From an uncultured Planctomycetia bacterium (GTDB lineage: Bacteria > Omnitrophota > Gorgyraeia > 2-02-FULL-51-18), in NCBI GenBank assembly GCA_964431835.1, contig CAYSKO010000003.1:53132-117131 (forward strand): 64,000 nucleotides of DNA, written 5' to 3'. Under the pieces are notes generated by a model. That model was not told where the DNA came from, made no database searches, and was given only the letters and a program-made list of their open reading frames with translations. This document shows, piece after piece, positions 55,242 through 64,000 of the stretch. Position numbers and translations under genes: made by a program. Each line of letters opens with the position of its first letter. The stretch's first letter is position 1.

Positions 55242-55943
55242 ATGAAATTTATAGACCACACGTTCGGAAACCCGGCGGAGGACCTCGCCTGCGACGAGGC
55301 GCTGCTCGACGCGTGCGAAACCGACGGCGGGGAAGCCCTGCGGTTTTGGGAACCGCACGACGCGTTCGTGGTCCTCGGCTACTCGAATCGCCTCCAAACC
55401 GAGACGCGCGTCGAGGCTTGCCGGGGCCTCGACATCCCGGTCTTCCGCCGCGCCTCGGGCGGCGGCACCGTGCTTCAAGCCCCTGGCTGCCTGAATTACG
55501 CGGTGATCTTGAAAAACGAGCGAGCCCCTTCCGTACGCGCGGCCAACGGCTACGTGATGGAACGCCACCGCGCGGCCCTAGAATCTCTTCTGGGTGAAAC
55601 GGTCGCGGTGCGCGGTCACACGGACCTATGTCTCGGGGAGCTCAAATTTTCCGGCAATTCCCAGCGCCGGAAACGCTCACACTTCCTCTTCCACGGCACG
55701 CTCCTGCTTTCGATGGACCTCTCGCTCGTGGCGCAGGCGCTCGCCGCCCCCTCGGTTGCTCCCGAGTACCGTCGCGGGCGCGGGCACGAAGCCTTCCTGC
55801 TCAACTTGGGAATTCCTCCCGCTCGCGTGAAGGCCGCCCTCGCTGCCGTCTGGAAAGCTTCTCGCTCCGAAGAGCCCCCGCACGCGCTGACCCGTGAGCT
55901 CTCCGCCCGGTACGCCGACCCCGCCTGGACCCAGCGTCTCTAA
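55242..55943 (+). CDS. lipoate-protein ligase / octanoyltransferase family protein (BPL_LplA_LipB catalytic domain only)
   Basis: ORF trimmed to ATG 55242 (MKFIDHTFGNPAEDLACDEALLD…). RRASGGGTVLQ and a K-containing motif (LKFSGNSQRR). Divergent from the PDH operon. Confidence 0.7.
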   Translation: MKFIDHTFGNPAEDLACDEALLDACETDGGEALRFWEPHDAFVVLGYSNRLQTETRVEACRGLDIPVFRRASGGGTVLQAPGCLNYAVILKNERAPSVRAANGYVMERHRAALESLLGETVAVRGHTDLCLGELKFSGNSQRRKRSHFLFHGTLLLSMDLSLVAQALAAPSVAPEYRRGRGHEAFLLNLGIPPARVKAALAAVWKASRSEEPPHALTRELSARYADPAWTQRL

Positions 55944-55948
55944 AAAAA

Positions 55949-55976
55949 TCGGGGACCGCCCGAAGGCGATCCCCGA
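55949..55976 (-). terminator. Rho-independent terminator between convergent genes
   Basis: TCGGGGACCGCCCGAAGGCGATCCCCGA, a nested stem preceded by A7 on the plus strand (T7 after the hairpin on the minus strand). Confidence 0.75.
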
Positions 55977-56001
55977 AGAATAGCGCGTTGTGGTGCTTGT
56001 C

Positions 56002-56508
56002 TTACATCGAGCTGCCGGTAGAACCGGAAGCCGAGGTCGAACCCGTTCCCGCGGAACCGGTCGCCGAAGCGTCGCCCGACGTGGAAGCGCCCATCGAACC
56101 CGCATCCGCCGAACCCGTCGCGCTCATCCCGGAGTCCGCCGAAGCGGTGGTGCCGGAGATGGCCGAGGCGTCGACCGAGGTCGCGTCCGAGGACGTGGCC
56201 GTCGTCGAAGCGTCGGAAGCGTCCGCCGCCGCGCTCAGCTCGACGGAGCTGGCCGTGAAGGCGCCGTTGTCTTCGTTCGCGTCGAGCATAACCATCGAGC
56301 CGGACTGAACGTCCGCCGCCGAAGTGCCCGTGCCCGAATACTTCGCGTCCTGGTTCATCTTAACCTGGACTTCCTGGCCGTCATCCTTGCGAACCGTCAT
56401 CATCCCCGTCGAAGAATCGAAGTTCGAAACGGTGCCCCTGATTTCGTCGGCGGACGCGGTTCCCGCGACGAGCAAAAGCCCGACCATCATAAAAGCGTAG
56501 TTCTTCAT
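56002..56508 (-). CDS. secreted protein with Ser/Thr/Ala/Gly-rich low-complexity C-terminal half
   Basis: Signal peptide MKNYAFMMVGLLLVAGTASA and AAAGGAGA RBS. The plus-strand mirror ORF 55988..56308 was rejected. Confidence 0.6.
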   Translation of the reverse strand: MKNYAFMMVGLLLVAGTASADEIRGTVSNFDSSTGMMTVRKDDGQEVQVKMNQDAKYSGTGTSAADVQSGSMVMLDANEDNGAFTASSVELSAAADASDASTTATSSDATSVDASAISGTTASADSGMSATGSADAGSMGASTSGDASATGSAGTGSTSASGSTGSSM

Positions 56509-56577
56509 TTTAAATCTCCTTTGTCTCTCGTATTCTCTAAAAAACGCCGTGGTCCACCTCGGACAACGGCGACCTTC

Positions 56578-57057
56578 TTAATAACGGGCTTCTACGCCCG
56601 TTTCCATGAGTTCCTTGAAACGGTCAAGGTCATGGTCGATCTGCTGGGACGGTTCGTCGCCGAATAGCCGCGCGAACGCGACTCCGACGGCGCCTGCCGG
56701 AGGATTATAGGCGAGCTCCACCTTTACATCCGTGCCGCCGTCCGGGGACTTGTCGAAGCGCACCGAACCGGTGTGCTCGATTTGCGAGCCCTCGATCGAC
56801 TTCCAGCTGATCACTTCGTTCACGCGGTCGGTCACGATCTCGGCGTCCCACTCCACCTTCACACCGAGCGGCGCTTTCGCCACCCAATGCGACCGGGTCT
56901 CGTCGATCATCTCGACGACTTCCAGATGCTCCATGAACCTCGGAAGATTCTCGAAGTCGTGCCAGAAGGCATAAAGCTCTTCGCGCGATTTATTGATCCG
57001 TACAGTCTTTTGAAATTTCATGTCGTACGATTCGATATCGCTCGGTTTTCTCGACAT
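56578..57057 (-). CDS. SRPBCC-family (polyketide cyclase/dehydrase-like) protein
   Basis: 159 aa with the typical helix-grip fold pattern. Confidence 0.65.
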   Translation of the reverse strand: MSRKPSDIESYDMKFQKTVRINKSREELYAFWHDFENLPRFMEHLEVVEMIDETRSHWVAKAPLGVKVEWDAEIVTDRVNEVISWKSIEGSQIEHTGSVRFDKSPDGGTDVKVELAYNPPAGAVGVAFARLFGDEPSQQIDHDLDRFKELMETGVEARY

Positions 57058-57069
57058 TTTCGATCCTCC

Positions 57070-57462
57070 TTACGTGCGCTGCCGCGGGTCCGCGAAAGAG
57101 CGCCGTCCCCGGACAGGTTCGTCGTGCGTCGAACAATCGGTGGCGAGCTTCACGAGAAGAAGCGCGCTGCCGGCCACCGTGAAAAAAAACGAAGTGGGGC
57201 GGTGGTTGAAGTCCGCGAGCCACGGAAGGAGCATGGATGCGACCGCGGCCGCGGATTCCATCGCTCCGTGGACCCCACAAGAAATCCATTTCACGAGGCC
57301 GAAGGAATAGGCGGTAAGAAGCGAAAGCGCCGCGTGAGCGAACGCGATCGAGTACGCGATACGGGCCGCGTCGCCTGGAAAATCGAATATCGTTGGTGCG
57401 GCGGTGAAAGCGAGAACCAGCGTGAAATCGACCACCGCGTGAGATACCGAATTAAGCTTCAA
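57070..57462 (-). CDS. small integral membrane protein (possible SPW-repeat family)
   Basis: TTG start at 57462 with GGAG 6 nt upstream. Four TM helices. LLPWL in the second half. Confidence 0.5.
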   Translation of the reverse strand: MKLNSVSHAVVDFTLVLAFTAAPTIFDFPGDAARIAYSIAFAHAALSLLTAYSFGLVKWISCGVHGAMESAAAVASMLLPWLADFNHRPTSFFFTVAGSALLLVKLATDCSTHDEPVRGRRSFADPRQRT

Positions 57463-57499
57463 AATGATCTCCGTAAAAGAACGGTCTTTGTGAATACAG

Positions 57500-57610
57500 G
57501 ATAGCGCTGGAGGAATTAGAGAACGGTTAGATTGGGATTAAAAGTTTCTAAGCTCTTAAGGGGCTATCGAGAAAACGGATTAGAGCGGGATTAGATTATT
57601 TTAAGGATTT
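57500..57610 (-). promoter_or_regulatory. copy E of the AT-rich stress element plus three extra GGATTAGA(T) direct repeats
   Basis: GATAGCGCTGGAGGAATTAGAGAACGGTTAGATTGGGATTAAAAGTTTCTAAG…ACGGATTAGAGCGGGATTAGATTATTTTAAGGATTTT. The histidine-kinase stop (TAA 57601-03) lies inside the element. TATCCT-like -10 sits 34 nt before the TTG start at 57462. Confidence 0.45.
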
Positions 57611-60600
57611 TCGGGAGGTTTGACGGGAAAGCGGACCGTGAAAACGGAGCCCTCACCCGGGCGGCTGCGCGCGACGAGCGAGCCGCCCTGACGCTGGATT
57701 ATTTTCTGGCAGATCGCCAAGCCGATTCCGGTGCCGGGGTACTCTTCCCTTCCGTGCAGCCTCTGGAAAGGTTTGAAAATGCGGTCGAGGTATTTTTCGT
57801 CGAAGCCGATGCCGTTGTCGGTGACCGTGATCTCGTGGAAATCGCCGTCGGCGCGGCCTTCGACGCGGATGAGCGGCGTCACGTCCTTTTTCGAAAACTT
57901 AAGTGAGTTCCCGACGAGATTTTGGAAGAGCTGTTTCATGTAGAGCGGGTTCGCCAAAACGACGGGAAGGGCGTGGGTTTCGATGATCGCGCCGGTCTGC
58001 GTGATGCGCGCTTCGAGGTCCTGTATCGTCTCGCGGAGGGTTTGCTCGAGGTCCACCTCGCTCACCAGCGCCTCTTTCGAAGTGACGCGTGAGAAATTGA
58101 GGAGGTCCTCGATCAGCGTCTTCATACGGAGCGCGGCTCCCTGCATGCGGTCGAAGTAATCTTTTTCCGTCGCGCCCATTCCCGGGATCTCGCGGGCCTT
58201 GAGCCGGTCCGAGAACGCGATGATCTTACGGAGCGGTTCCTGCAGGTCGTGCGAGGCGACGTAGGCGAACTGTTCGAGTTCCTTGTTCGATTCGACGAGC
58301 TGCAGCGTCTTCTCTCTAAGGCTCTCCTCCGCCAGCTTCTGGCCGTGGATCTCCGTGCACGTCCCGAACCATTTGACGACGCACCCGTGTTCGTCTTGCT
58401 GCGAAAATCCCCGGCCCAGATGCCACCGGTAGGTCCCATCCGAGCGGCGGAGGCGGTATTCGACGTCGTACGCCCCTTCACCGTGGACGGCGGCGAGCCA
58501 GGATTGGATCGTTTTCGCCTTGTCGTCCGGGTGCAGGACGACGAGCCAACCTTGGCCCAGGGAGGCGTCCGGGGAAAGCCCGGTGTACTCGTACCACCGG
58601 GCATTGAAGTAGTCGACGTTGCCGTCGGGCCGTGTGGTCCAGACGATCTGAGGGATCGCTTCGGAGAGCGTCCGAAGCGATCCTTCGTTCTCGCGGGACA
58701 CCTCATAGAGGCGCGCGTTGTCGAGCGCGAGAGCCGTGCGGCGCGCAATCTCGCGCGCCACGGAAAGGTCGGTCGCGTCGTAGCGGCGGCCGGATTCAGA
58801 CGTGACGAACGTGATCGCGCCGTACGCGCGGTCCCGCGCAACGAGCGGCACCGTCATACCGGAAACGAGCCCGAGCGATTTGAGCACGGAAAGATGGTGC
58901 GCATCCTTCGCGACTGCCTCCAGAAATTCGCTTTGTATTTCCTGAATGAATTCGGCCTGACCCGTGCGGATGACGTGGCCGGCGCCGTGCGGATCGCCGG
59001 GCGACGGCGGATAACGCCGCACGAGGTCCCGGGCGATCTCCACTTTCGCGGAATCGCCGTGCGCGATCACAGCGTGTTCGATCGACCCATCCTCCTTCGT
59101 GAGATAGACCGCGCACCAGTCCGCGAAGTGAGGCACGATGACCCGCGTCAGATGACCCGCCATCTTCTGCGCGTTGAGCGTCCGCGAAAGGATCTCGTTG
59201 GCCTCCGCGAGAAGACGGAGATTCTCCTCTTCCCTCTTTCGCGCCGTGATGTCGATGACCGAACCGATCATCCCGGCGAATTCGCCGTCGCGGAAGCGCG
59301 GCTCGCCGTGCGCGAGTACCCAGCGGTACTGCCCGTCGTAGCGCCGCAAGCGGTATTCGTAGCGGAATTTACCGCGCTCCCTGATGGCCGCACCGTAAAC
59401 CGAGACGAGCAATTCAGCGTCGTCGGAATGGACGAATTGAAGCCACCCTTCACCGGCGTTTTTTTCAAGCGACGCGCCGGTGAAATTAAGCCAAGGTTTG
59501 TTGAAGTAGTCCCGGCGGCCGTCGGCCCGCGAAGTCCAGATCATCACCGGTGCCGAATCGGCCATTGTTCGGAAGCGCTCTTCGCTCTCGGCGATTGCGA
59601 TCTCCGCGAGCCTTTTCTCGGTCACGTCGCGCGTGAAGCAGCGCGTGTGGACGAACTTGCCGTCCTCCCAATAGACGTCCGAAGAAATCAGTACGTGGCG
59701 GATCGAACCATCCCTGCACTTGAGACGCGCTTCGCGGCTGTGGAGCTTCTCGCCGCTGGTGAGCCGCTTCAGGATGTCCTCGATCACGTCGGAATCGGCG
59801 TGGAACTCGGCGATGTGCCGGCCGACGTATTCGTGGGGCTCGTAACCGAGCATCTCGAGCTCGGTGCGGTTGGCGCGTAGAATCGTCCCGTCCGGGCCGA
59901 CCCAGTGCAGGCCGACGGTGGCATTTTCGAAGAAATCGTTCAGCGCGCGGTAGGCCTGTTCGAGCTCGGCGGTGCGCTCCCGGACGTGGCTTTCGAGCTC
60001 GCGGTTCGAGGCCTCTAGCGCGTCCTCGATGCGTTTGCGCTCGGTCATGTCGCGCAGGATCATGGCGAAGCCCAAGAGTTTCTTGTCGGCGGCGCGCAGG
60101 ACGGTGAGGGTGGCGTGGGTCCAGAAGCGGCTGCCGTCCTTGCGGAGCCGCCAGCCTTCTTCGCAGTACACGCCCTTACGCACGGCGACCCGGAGCCCCT
60201 CTTCGGTTCTCCCCTTGTCTTCGGGCAAGTAGAACACCGAGAAATGACGGCCGATGATCTCTTCGGGCGCGTATCCCTTGAGACGCTCGGCACCGGCATT
60301 CCAGGTGGCCACGTTGCCGTCGGGATCGAGCAGGAAAATCGCGTAGTCTTGCACGGTTTCGACGAGTAGCCGGAAACGCTCCTCGCTCTGGCGGAGTGCC
60401 TCTTCGGATTGCCTTTTTTCCGTGATGTCTTGGCCGGTACCGATGAGGCGGCAGACCTTGCCCCCCGTGTCTTTCACAACGCGGCCGCGCGCTTCGAGGA
60501 TTCGGAACGTGCCGTCGGGCCGCAGGATGCGGTGCTCGAGCTGAAACGGCTTGCCGTCTTTGACCGCCTGTTGGACGCGCTCCCGCACGGCGGAGGCGTC

Positions 60601-61140
60601 GTCGGCCGGCAGACGCTCGAGAAAAGAATCGAACGTGAGCGGCCGGTCACCGGGCTTCAGTCCGTAAATGCGGTAAAGCTCGGCCGACCAAGCGACCTTG
60701 CTGGTTTTCACGTCCCAGCTCCAGCTTCCGACCCGGGCGACCGACTGGGCTTCGTCGAGTGCGTTGCGGGATTCGGCCAGTTGCTCGAAGCTCGATTTCA
60801 ATTCCGCATTGCGCGCGCTAAGCTCCTTATTGGCAGACTTGAGCTCCTGGTTCACGGGGTCGCGTAAGAAGCTCGTGACGCGAATCAGGAGATCCTGATA
60901 GAGCTCCTGGGCTTCCGCGGGATTCTTTTTGAGGTAGTCGAGGTACCGCTCGAACTTTTTGATCTTGCGGAGCGACATGCGCCGCTGGATGCGGCGCTGG
61001 ATCGTGGGAGACTTGTACAGGCGGAAATCGACCCCGCTCGTCGTGTGGAGAAGGGTGAGAATCCCCTCCACCCCCTCTTTGGCGGGCAACTTCTTAATGA
61101 CTCTGCCATTTTTAAGCGAACTGCGGCGCCGGGCTTTCAT
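57601..61140 (-). CDS. multi-sensor histidine kinase: CheR_N-like domain, coiled coil, ~5 PAS/PAC domains, GAF, HisKA, HATPase_c
   Basis: 1179 aa. N-terminal all-alpha CheR_N pattern (…LYKSPTIQRRIQRRMSLRKI…LLIRVTSFLRDP). H-box FAYVASHDLQEPLRKI. ATPase motifs DNGIGF…GTGIGLAICQKII. No receiver domain. Confidence 0.85.
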   Translation of the reverse strand: MKARRRSSLKNGRVIKKLPAKEGVEGILTLLHTTSGVDFRLYKSPTIQRRIQRRMSLRKIKKFERYLDYLKKNPAEAQELYQDLLIRVTSFLRDPVNQELKSANKELSARNAELKSSFEQLAESRNALDEAQSVARVGSWSWDVKTSKVAWSAELYRIYGLKPGDRPLTFDSFLERLPADDASAVRERVQQAVKDGKPFQLEHRILRPDGTFRILEARGRVVKDTGGKVCRLIGTGQDITEKRQSEEALRQSEERFRLLVETVQDYAIFLLDPDGNVATWNAGAERLKGYAPEEIIGRHFSVFYLPEDKGRTEEGLRVAVRKGVYCEEGWRLRKDGSRFWTHATLTVLRAADKKLLGFAMILRDMTERKRIEDALEASNRELESHVRERTAELEQAYRALNDFFENATVGLHWVGPDGTILRANRTELEMLGYEPHEYVGRHIAEFHADSDVIEDILKRLTSGEKLHSREARLKCRDGSIRHVLISSDVYWEDGKFVHTRCFTRDVTEKRLAEIAIAESEERFRTMADSAPVMIWTSRADGRRDYFNKPWLNFTGASLEKNAGEGWLQFVHSDDAELLVSVYGAAIRERGKFRYEYRLRRYDGQYRWVLAHGEPRFRDGEFAGMIGSVIDITARKREEENLRLLAEANEILSRTLNAQKMAGHLTRVIVPHFADWCAVYLTKEDGSIEHAVIAHGDSAKVEIARDLVRRYPPSPGDPHGAGHVIRTGQAEFIQEIQSEFLEAVAKDAHHLSVLKSLGLVSGMTVPLVARDRAYGAITFVTSESGRRYDATDLSVAREIARRTALALDNARLYEVSRENEGSLRTLSEAIPQIVWTTRPDGNVDYFNARWYEYTGLSPDASLGQGWLVVLHPDDKAKTIQSWLAAVHGEGAYDVEYRLRRSDGTYRWHLGRGFSQQDEHGCVVKWFGTCTEIHGQKLAEESLREKTLQLVESNKELEQFAYVASHDLQEPLRKIIAFSDRLKAREIPGMGATEKDYFDRMQGAALRMKTLIEDLLNFSRVTSKEALVSEVDLEQTLRETIQDLEARITQTGAIIETHALPVVLANPLYMKQLFQNLVGNSLKFSKKDVTPLIRVEGRADGDFHEITVTDNGIGFDEKYLDRIFKPFQRLHGREEYPGTGIGLAICQKIIQRQGGSLVARSRPGEGSVFTVRFPVKPPENP

Positions 61141-61200
61141 GTGGAATCCCCAGGGTTAGAAGGAAAGATTTTAGCGCTTTTTCGGACGGATGGAAAGGCC

Positions 61201-61785
61201 TTAAACGAGGTCGAAGATCAGAATTTCGGAGGGTTCCAGAGCCTCGAGAAGGAAACTTGTCTCTTCGCTGACGGCCGCGCCGTCGCCTGCCGAGAGGAAG
61301 GTCTTTTCCAAGCGGACCGCCCCCTCCTCCCCGCCCCGCGATGCGACTCTGCAGAGCCGGTTCCGGCGTTTTTCGGCCGCGAAGTTTTTTTGCTCGTAAC
61401 CGGGGGAGAGCCCCGGGCGCTCGGGAAGGATCCATATCTGGAGGAGGTGCACAGGCTCCGACGACGACGCGTTGAACTCGCTGTGCGTCACACCCGTGCC
61501 CGCCGACATTCGCTGGACGTCGCCGGGACGGATCACAGAGCCGTTTCCCATGCTGTCCTTGTGCTCCAGCGCCCCGGAAAGGACCACCGTGACGATCTCC
61601 ATATCACGGTGGGCGTGTGTGCCGAATCCTTTTCCGGGCTGAACGACGTCCTCGTTGATCACGCGCAGGGACCGGAAGCCCATGGAGGCCGGGTCGAAAT
61701 ACTCGGCGAAGGAGAAGGTGTGACGCGTATCGAGCCAGCCGTGGTTAAAGTGGCCCCTTTCGTCGGAGTGCCGAAGACGAATCAT
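61201..61785 (-). CDS. pirin-family cupin protein
   Basis: HxH…E…H metal site ([19 protein letters not shown]). 194 aa short pirin. Confidence 0.75.
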   Translation of the reverse strand: MIRLRHSDERGHFNHGWLDTRHTFSFAEYFDPASMGFRSLRVINEDVVQPGKGFGTHAHRDMEIVTVVLSGALEHKDSMGNGSVIRPGDVQRMSAGTGVTHSEFNASSSEPVHLLQIWILPERPGLSPGYEQKNFAAEKRRNRLCRVASRGGEEGAVRLEKTFLSAGDGAAVSEETSFLLEALEPSEILIFDLV

Positions 61786-61862
61786 GGTTCTACCATACCA
61801 CGCAGACGAACTTCATTAGAAGTTCTTAAGAAAAACGGCTGAATAAGCCGCCCCGGAAAGGA

Positions 61863-63986
61863 TTAGGCGGACGAAGCGACCGCGCGGAAAGCCACGTAGG
61901 CCCGGTAAAGCTCTTGAGAGAGCGTCTGGAGGGCGCGGACGATGAGGCCCTTGTCCTCGTACGCCTGAGCCGTCGTGCCGGGCGCAACTTTCTGGAGGAA
62001 CTGGATTTCGTTCGCGCTGACGCGGGAGGCTTTGGTGAGGCTCTTGACCATCTGCTGAAGAATTTCGTCCTCCGCGTCCGTTACCGCGGCGGCGATGGCG
62101 GCGCGGATGTACTGTTCGTGCGGCATCACGTTGAAGTTCTGCGCGTCGGCGACGCCTTGTTGGACAGGCAGGTAACCCGCACCGAGCTCCGCGGCGCGGT
62201 CGATGATCCCCTGATTCCGCACGCCCGAGAAGAATCGCTTCGCTCCCCGCTCGATCTCGGCGCTGAGCGCGTCGGACTGCATCCCTTCGAAGTTCTCGAG
62301 GCGTTTGCCGTCCTTGTCCGCGAACTCGATAAGGACGTTGAGCTTGGACGAAGCGTCTTTGAACTCTTGCTTGAGTAGTTGGACGACGCGAGAAATCTCC
62401 CTCGGATCCTGGCTTTCGACTCCGAGCGTGTAAATGACGGTCTTCGACTCGTTGAGCCGGGAGACAAGCCTCCGGAGTTGTCCTTTTGACGTCCGGTCGC
62501 CGGCAGCTGCTTCATCCAGAGCCATGCGCACGATCGGGTCGGCGGTTTCGGTGCCGGCGGGCGCCGGAGCCGCTTGGCGAAGAGCCGCGGCGCCGAGGGT
62601 GACGGCGGCAGTTTCGGCGCTAGCTCCGGTCGGGTCGTTCAAATCGACGCGATAGCCGGCACGCTGCTTGACGAACTCGGCTCCCGTGAAGCCTGTTGAG
62701 ACGGTGATGGGTAGAACGCCGCGCCCGAGAACGCTTGAGGCGTCCTGAGCGGCGATCGAAGAGAAAAGCGCTTGGTCGGCGGCGTTCGTTTGGACGGTAA
62801 AGTTCTGCGGCAAACGTCCGGAGACGCCGTAAAACGCCTGGAAACTGTCCGCACGAGCCCCCGACCCGACGGCACCGGCCTCGGCGTCGATCCTCGAGAA
62901 CAGAAGGTCCTGTTGCCGGGCGATCTCGCTGAGCGCCTCGGCTTCCGTCGCCAAACGAGCCCCCTGCATCGACGCGAGCTTCGCCTGAGCGGCCTCGATC
63001 TGAGAGCGGCGCTCTTGAGTGTCGGGGCCTTCGGCCAGAGCTTTCTTTTCTTTCTCGAATTCGCCGGAGGCGGCCTTCAGGGCGGCGACGGCAAGCGCGC
63101 GGGAGTCGGGGGCGAAGACGCTCGTGTAATACTTTTGGGCCACGCGCTGGGATTCGTTGGCCGGAGCGAGCGTCGGAAGAAGCGTCGCCGCCGCGTCCAC
63201 GTCGGTCAAGGCTCCGAGCCGGGCGAGGCCTTGGGCGCCGTTCTTTGCGTATTCGTAGAGGAGTTGTCCCAGATTGGCGACGAGAATGTTCTTCACGTGA
63301 TTCTTCGAGGCGTCGAGAAGGCCCGCGCGGATGGTTTCGCGGAGCGCTTGGACGGTCGCGAAGTTGGGGTCGATGACCCGCGTCTCTTGGTAGATGCCGT
63401 CGATGATCACGAAGTCGGCGGCGGCGTCGGCGACGTGGCCCGAGAAGCCCTGCGTACGTAAAGTCTCAAGGAACGCGACGGCGCTGGCCTGGGTGCGCTG
63501 AGTGGTCTCGATGAAGGAGACGACCTCGGCGTTGGGGACGCCGGGCTGGAGGCGCGTCTTGTCTTCCAGCATCGAGCGGACGTTGTCGAATCCGAAGTAC
63601 TTGGCGGTATTGACGCCGGCGTCGGCTTCCTTGATGAGGCCCGCGGCGTTGCGGCTGTAGATTTCAGAGACAACGAGAGCGGAGAAGTCGGTGATGTTGG
63701 AGGTGATGACCTTGGCGCGTTTCAGCCACTCGCCGTTGCCCGGCACGATGCGGTCGAAGCCGTAGGCGAGCGCGGAGGCCTGGACGATCGTATCCACACC
63801 CTCTCCCCTTACGCCGAGGAGCTCGGCGGCCCTCAAGGCGAGCGCGCGGCGAAGGTCATCGGCGGAGGTCGGGGTCGAAGTCGACTGGTCGATGAGAAGG
63901 ATGGGGTCCAAGCCCTTGGCCGTGATCTCGGCGGCCGCGCCCTGGAAGAGCGGCGAGGGAATGTTTTTCAAGACGATGTTCTTCAC
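61863..63986 (-). CDS. large Ala-rich hypothetical protein (possibly N-terminally truncated by the window edge)
   Basis: 707 aa with no recognisable motif. GTG start at 63986. The reading frame stays open to position 64000, so the true start may lie outside the window. Confidence 0.4.
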   Translation of the reverse strand: MKNIVLKNIPSPLFQGAAAEITAKGLDPILLIDQSTSTPTSADDLRRALALRAAELLGVRGEGVDTIVQASALAYGFDRIVPGNGEWLKRAKVITSNITDFSALVVSEIYSRNAAGLIKEADAGVNTAKYFGFDNVRSMLEDKTRLQPGVPNAEVVSFIETTQRTQASAVAFLETLRTQGFSGHVADAAADFVIIDGIYQETRVIDPNFATVQALRETIRAGLLDASKNHVKNILVANLGQLLYEYAKNGAQGLARLGALTDVDAAATLLPTLAPANESQRVAQKYYTSVFAPDSRALAVAALKAASGEFEKEKKALAEGPDTQERRSQIEAAQAKLASMQGARLATEAEALSEIARQQDLLFSRIDAEAGAVGSGARADSFQAFYGVSGRLPQNFTVQTNAADQALFSSIAAQDASSVLGRGVLPITVSTGFTGAEFVKQRAGYRVDLNDPTGASAETAAVTLGAAALRQAAPAPAGTETADPIVRMALDEAAAGDRTSKGQLRRLVSRLNESKTVIYTLGVESQDPREISRVVQLLKQEFKDASSKLNVLIEFADKDGKRLENFEGMQSDALSAEIERGAKRFFSGVRNQGIIDRAAELGAGYLPVQQGVADAQNFNVMPHEQYIRAAIAAAVTDAEDEILQQMVKSLTKASRVSANEIQFLQKVAPGTTAQAYEDKGLIVRALQTLSQELYRAYVAFRAVASSA

Positions 63987-64000
63987 GAAGTCGATCGGGA

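Noticed and set aside
55988-56308. Plus-strand 106-aa ORF (PEAEVEPVPAEP… repeat) mirrored on the secreted-protein gene
   Set aside because: The minus-strand ORF has a signal peptide and RBS. The plus-strand ORF is its low-complexity antisense shadow.
1-64000. Scan for CRISPR arrays, IS elements/transposases, integrases, phage genes and toxin-antitoxin pairs
   Set aside because: No direct-repeat/spacer arrays and no transposase, integrase or phage structural signatures found. The holin-superfamily hit (46567..46989) is the chromosomal YqjE-type membrane protein paired with a DUF883 protein, not a prophage.

Overview
This is a high-GC (~66%), almost fully coding bacterial chromosomal segment with Gram-negative envelope genes; the phylum is unresolved, possibly Acidobacteria/Gemmatimonadota-like. 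About 60 CDS are supportable. I found no rRNA, tRNA, CRISPR array, transposase or integrase. Gene content: (i) A metal-homeostasis cluster: a ZnuA/TroA-family binding-protein fragment at the window edge, an outer-membrane beta-barrel protein, a small His-rich secreted protein, and a CsoR-type repressor whose own start codon lies at the centre of a perfect 22-bp palindrome. (ii) One long minus-strand operon encoding a TonB-dependent receptor, ExbB, ExbD, TonB and a PhnD/PhnC/PhnE-type ABC importer, preceded by three TGAGA/TCTCA palindromes. (iii) An unusual concentration of stress and osmoprotection genes: TreZ plus an amylo-1,6-glucosidase, a membrane-sensor-fused OtsA with OtsB and a TreT-type trehalose synthase, MscS, BON-domain, YflT-like, PA2169-family, ElaB/YqjD-YqjE, a CBS-domain protein, and ergothioneine EgtB-EgtD. 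(iv) Housekeeping genes: nuoJKLMN, the pyruvate dehydrogenase complex aceE-aceF-lpdA with a lipoate ligase, amtB-glnK, ppa, nadK and rlmN. The most notable signal is a 55-bp AT-rich element of fixed architecture (TTATAcGC-N6-CGATTAAAA-N23-TTTTTAATC). It occurs five times, plus two degenerate or partial copies, always exactly at the junction between one gene's stop codon and the next gene's start, and always upstream of stress-related genes. This looks like the promoter/operator of an undescribed stress regulon. Also notable are two adjacent long perfect hairpins with mutually complementary apical sequences in the nadK leader, a sensor-OtsA fusion, and several small ORFs below the ORF-track cutoff. 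Motif coordinates were read by eye from the printed sequence and may be off by 1-2 nt.
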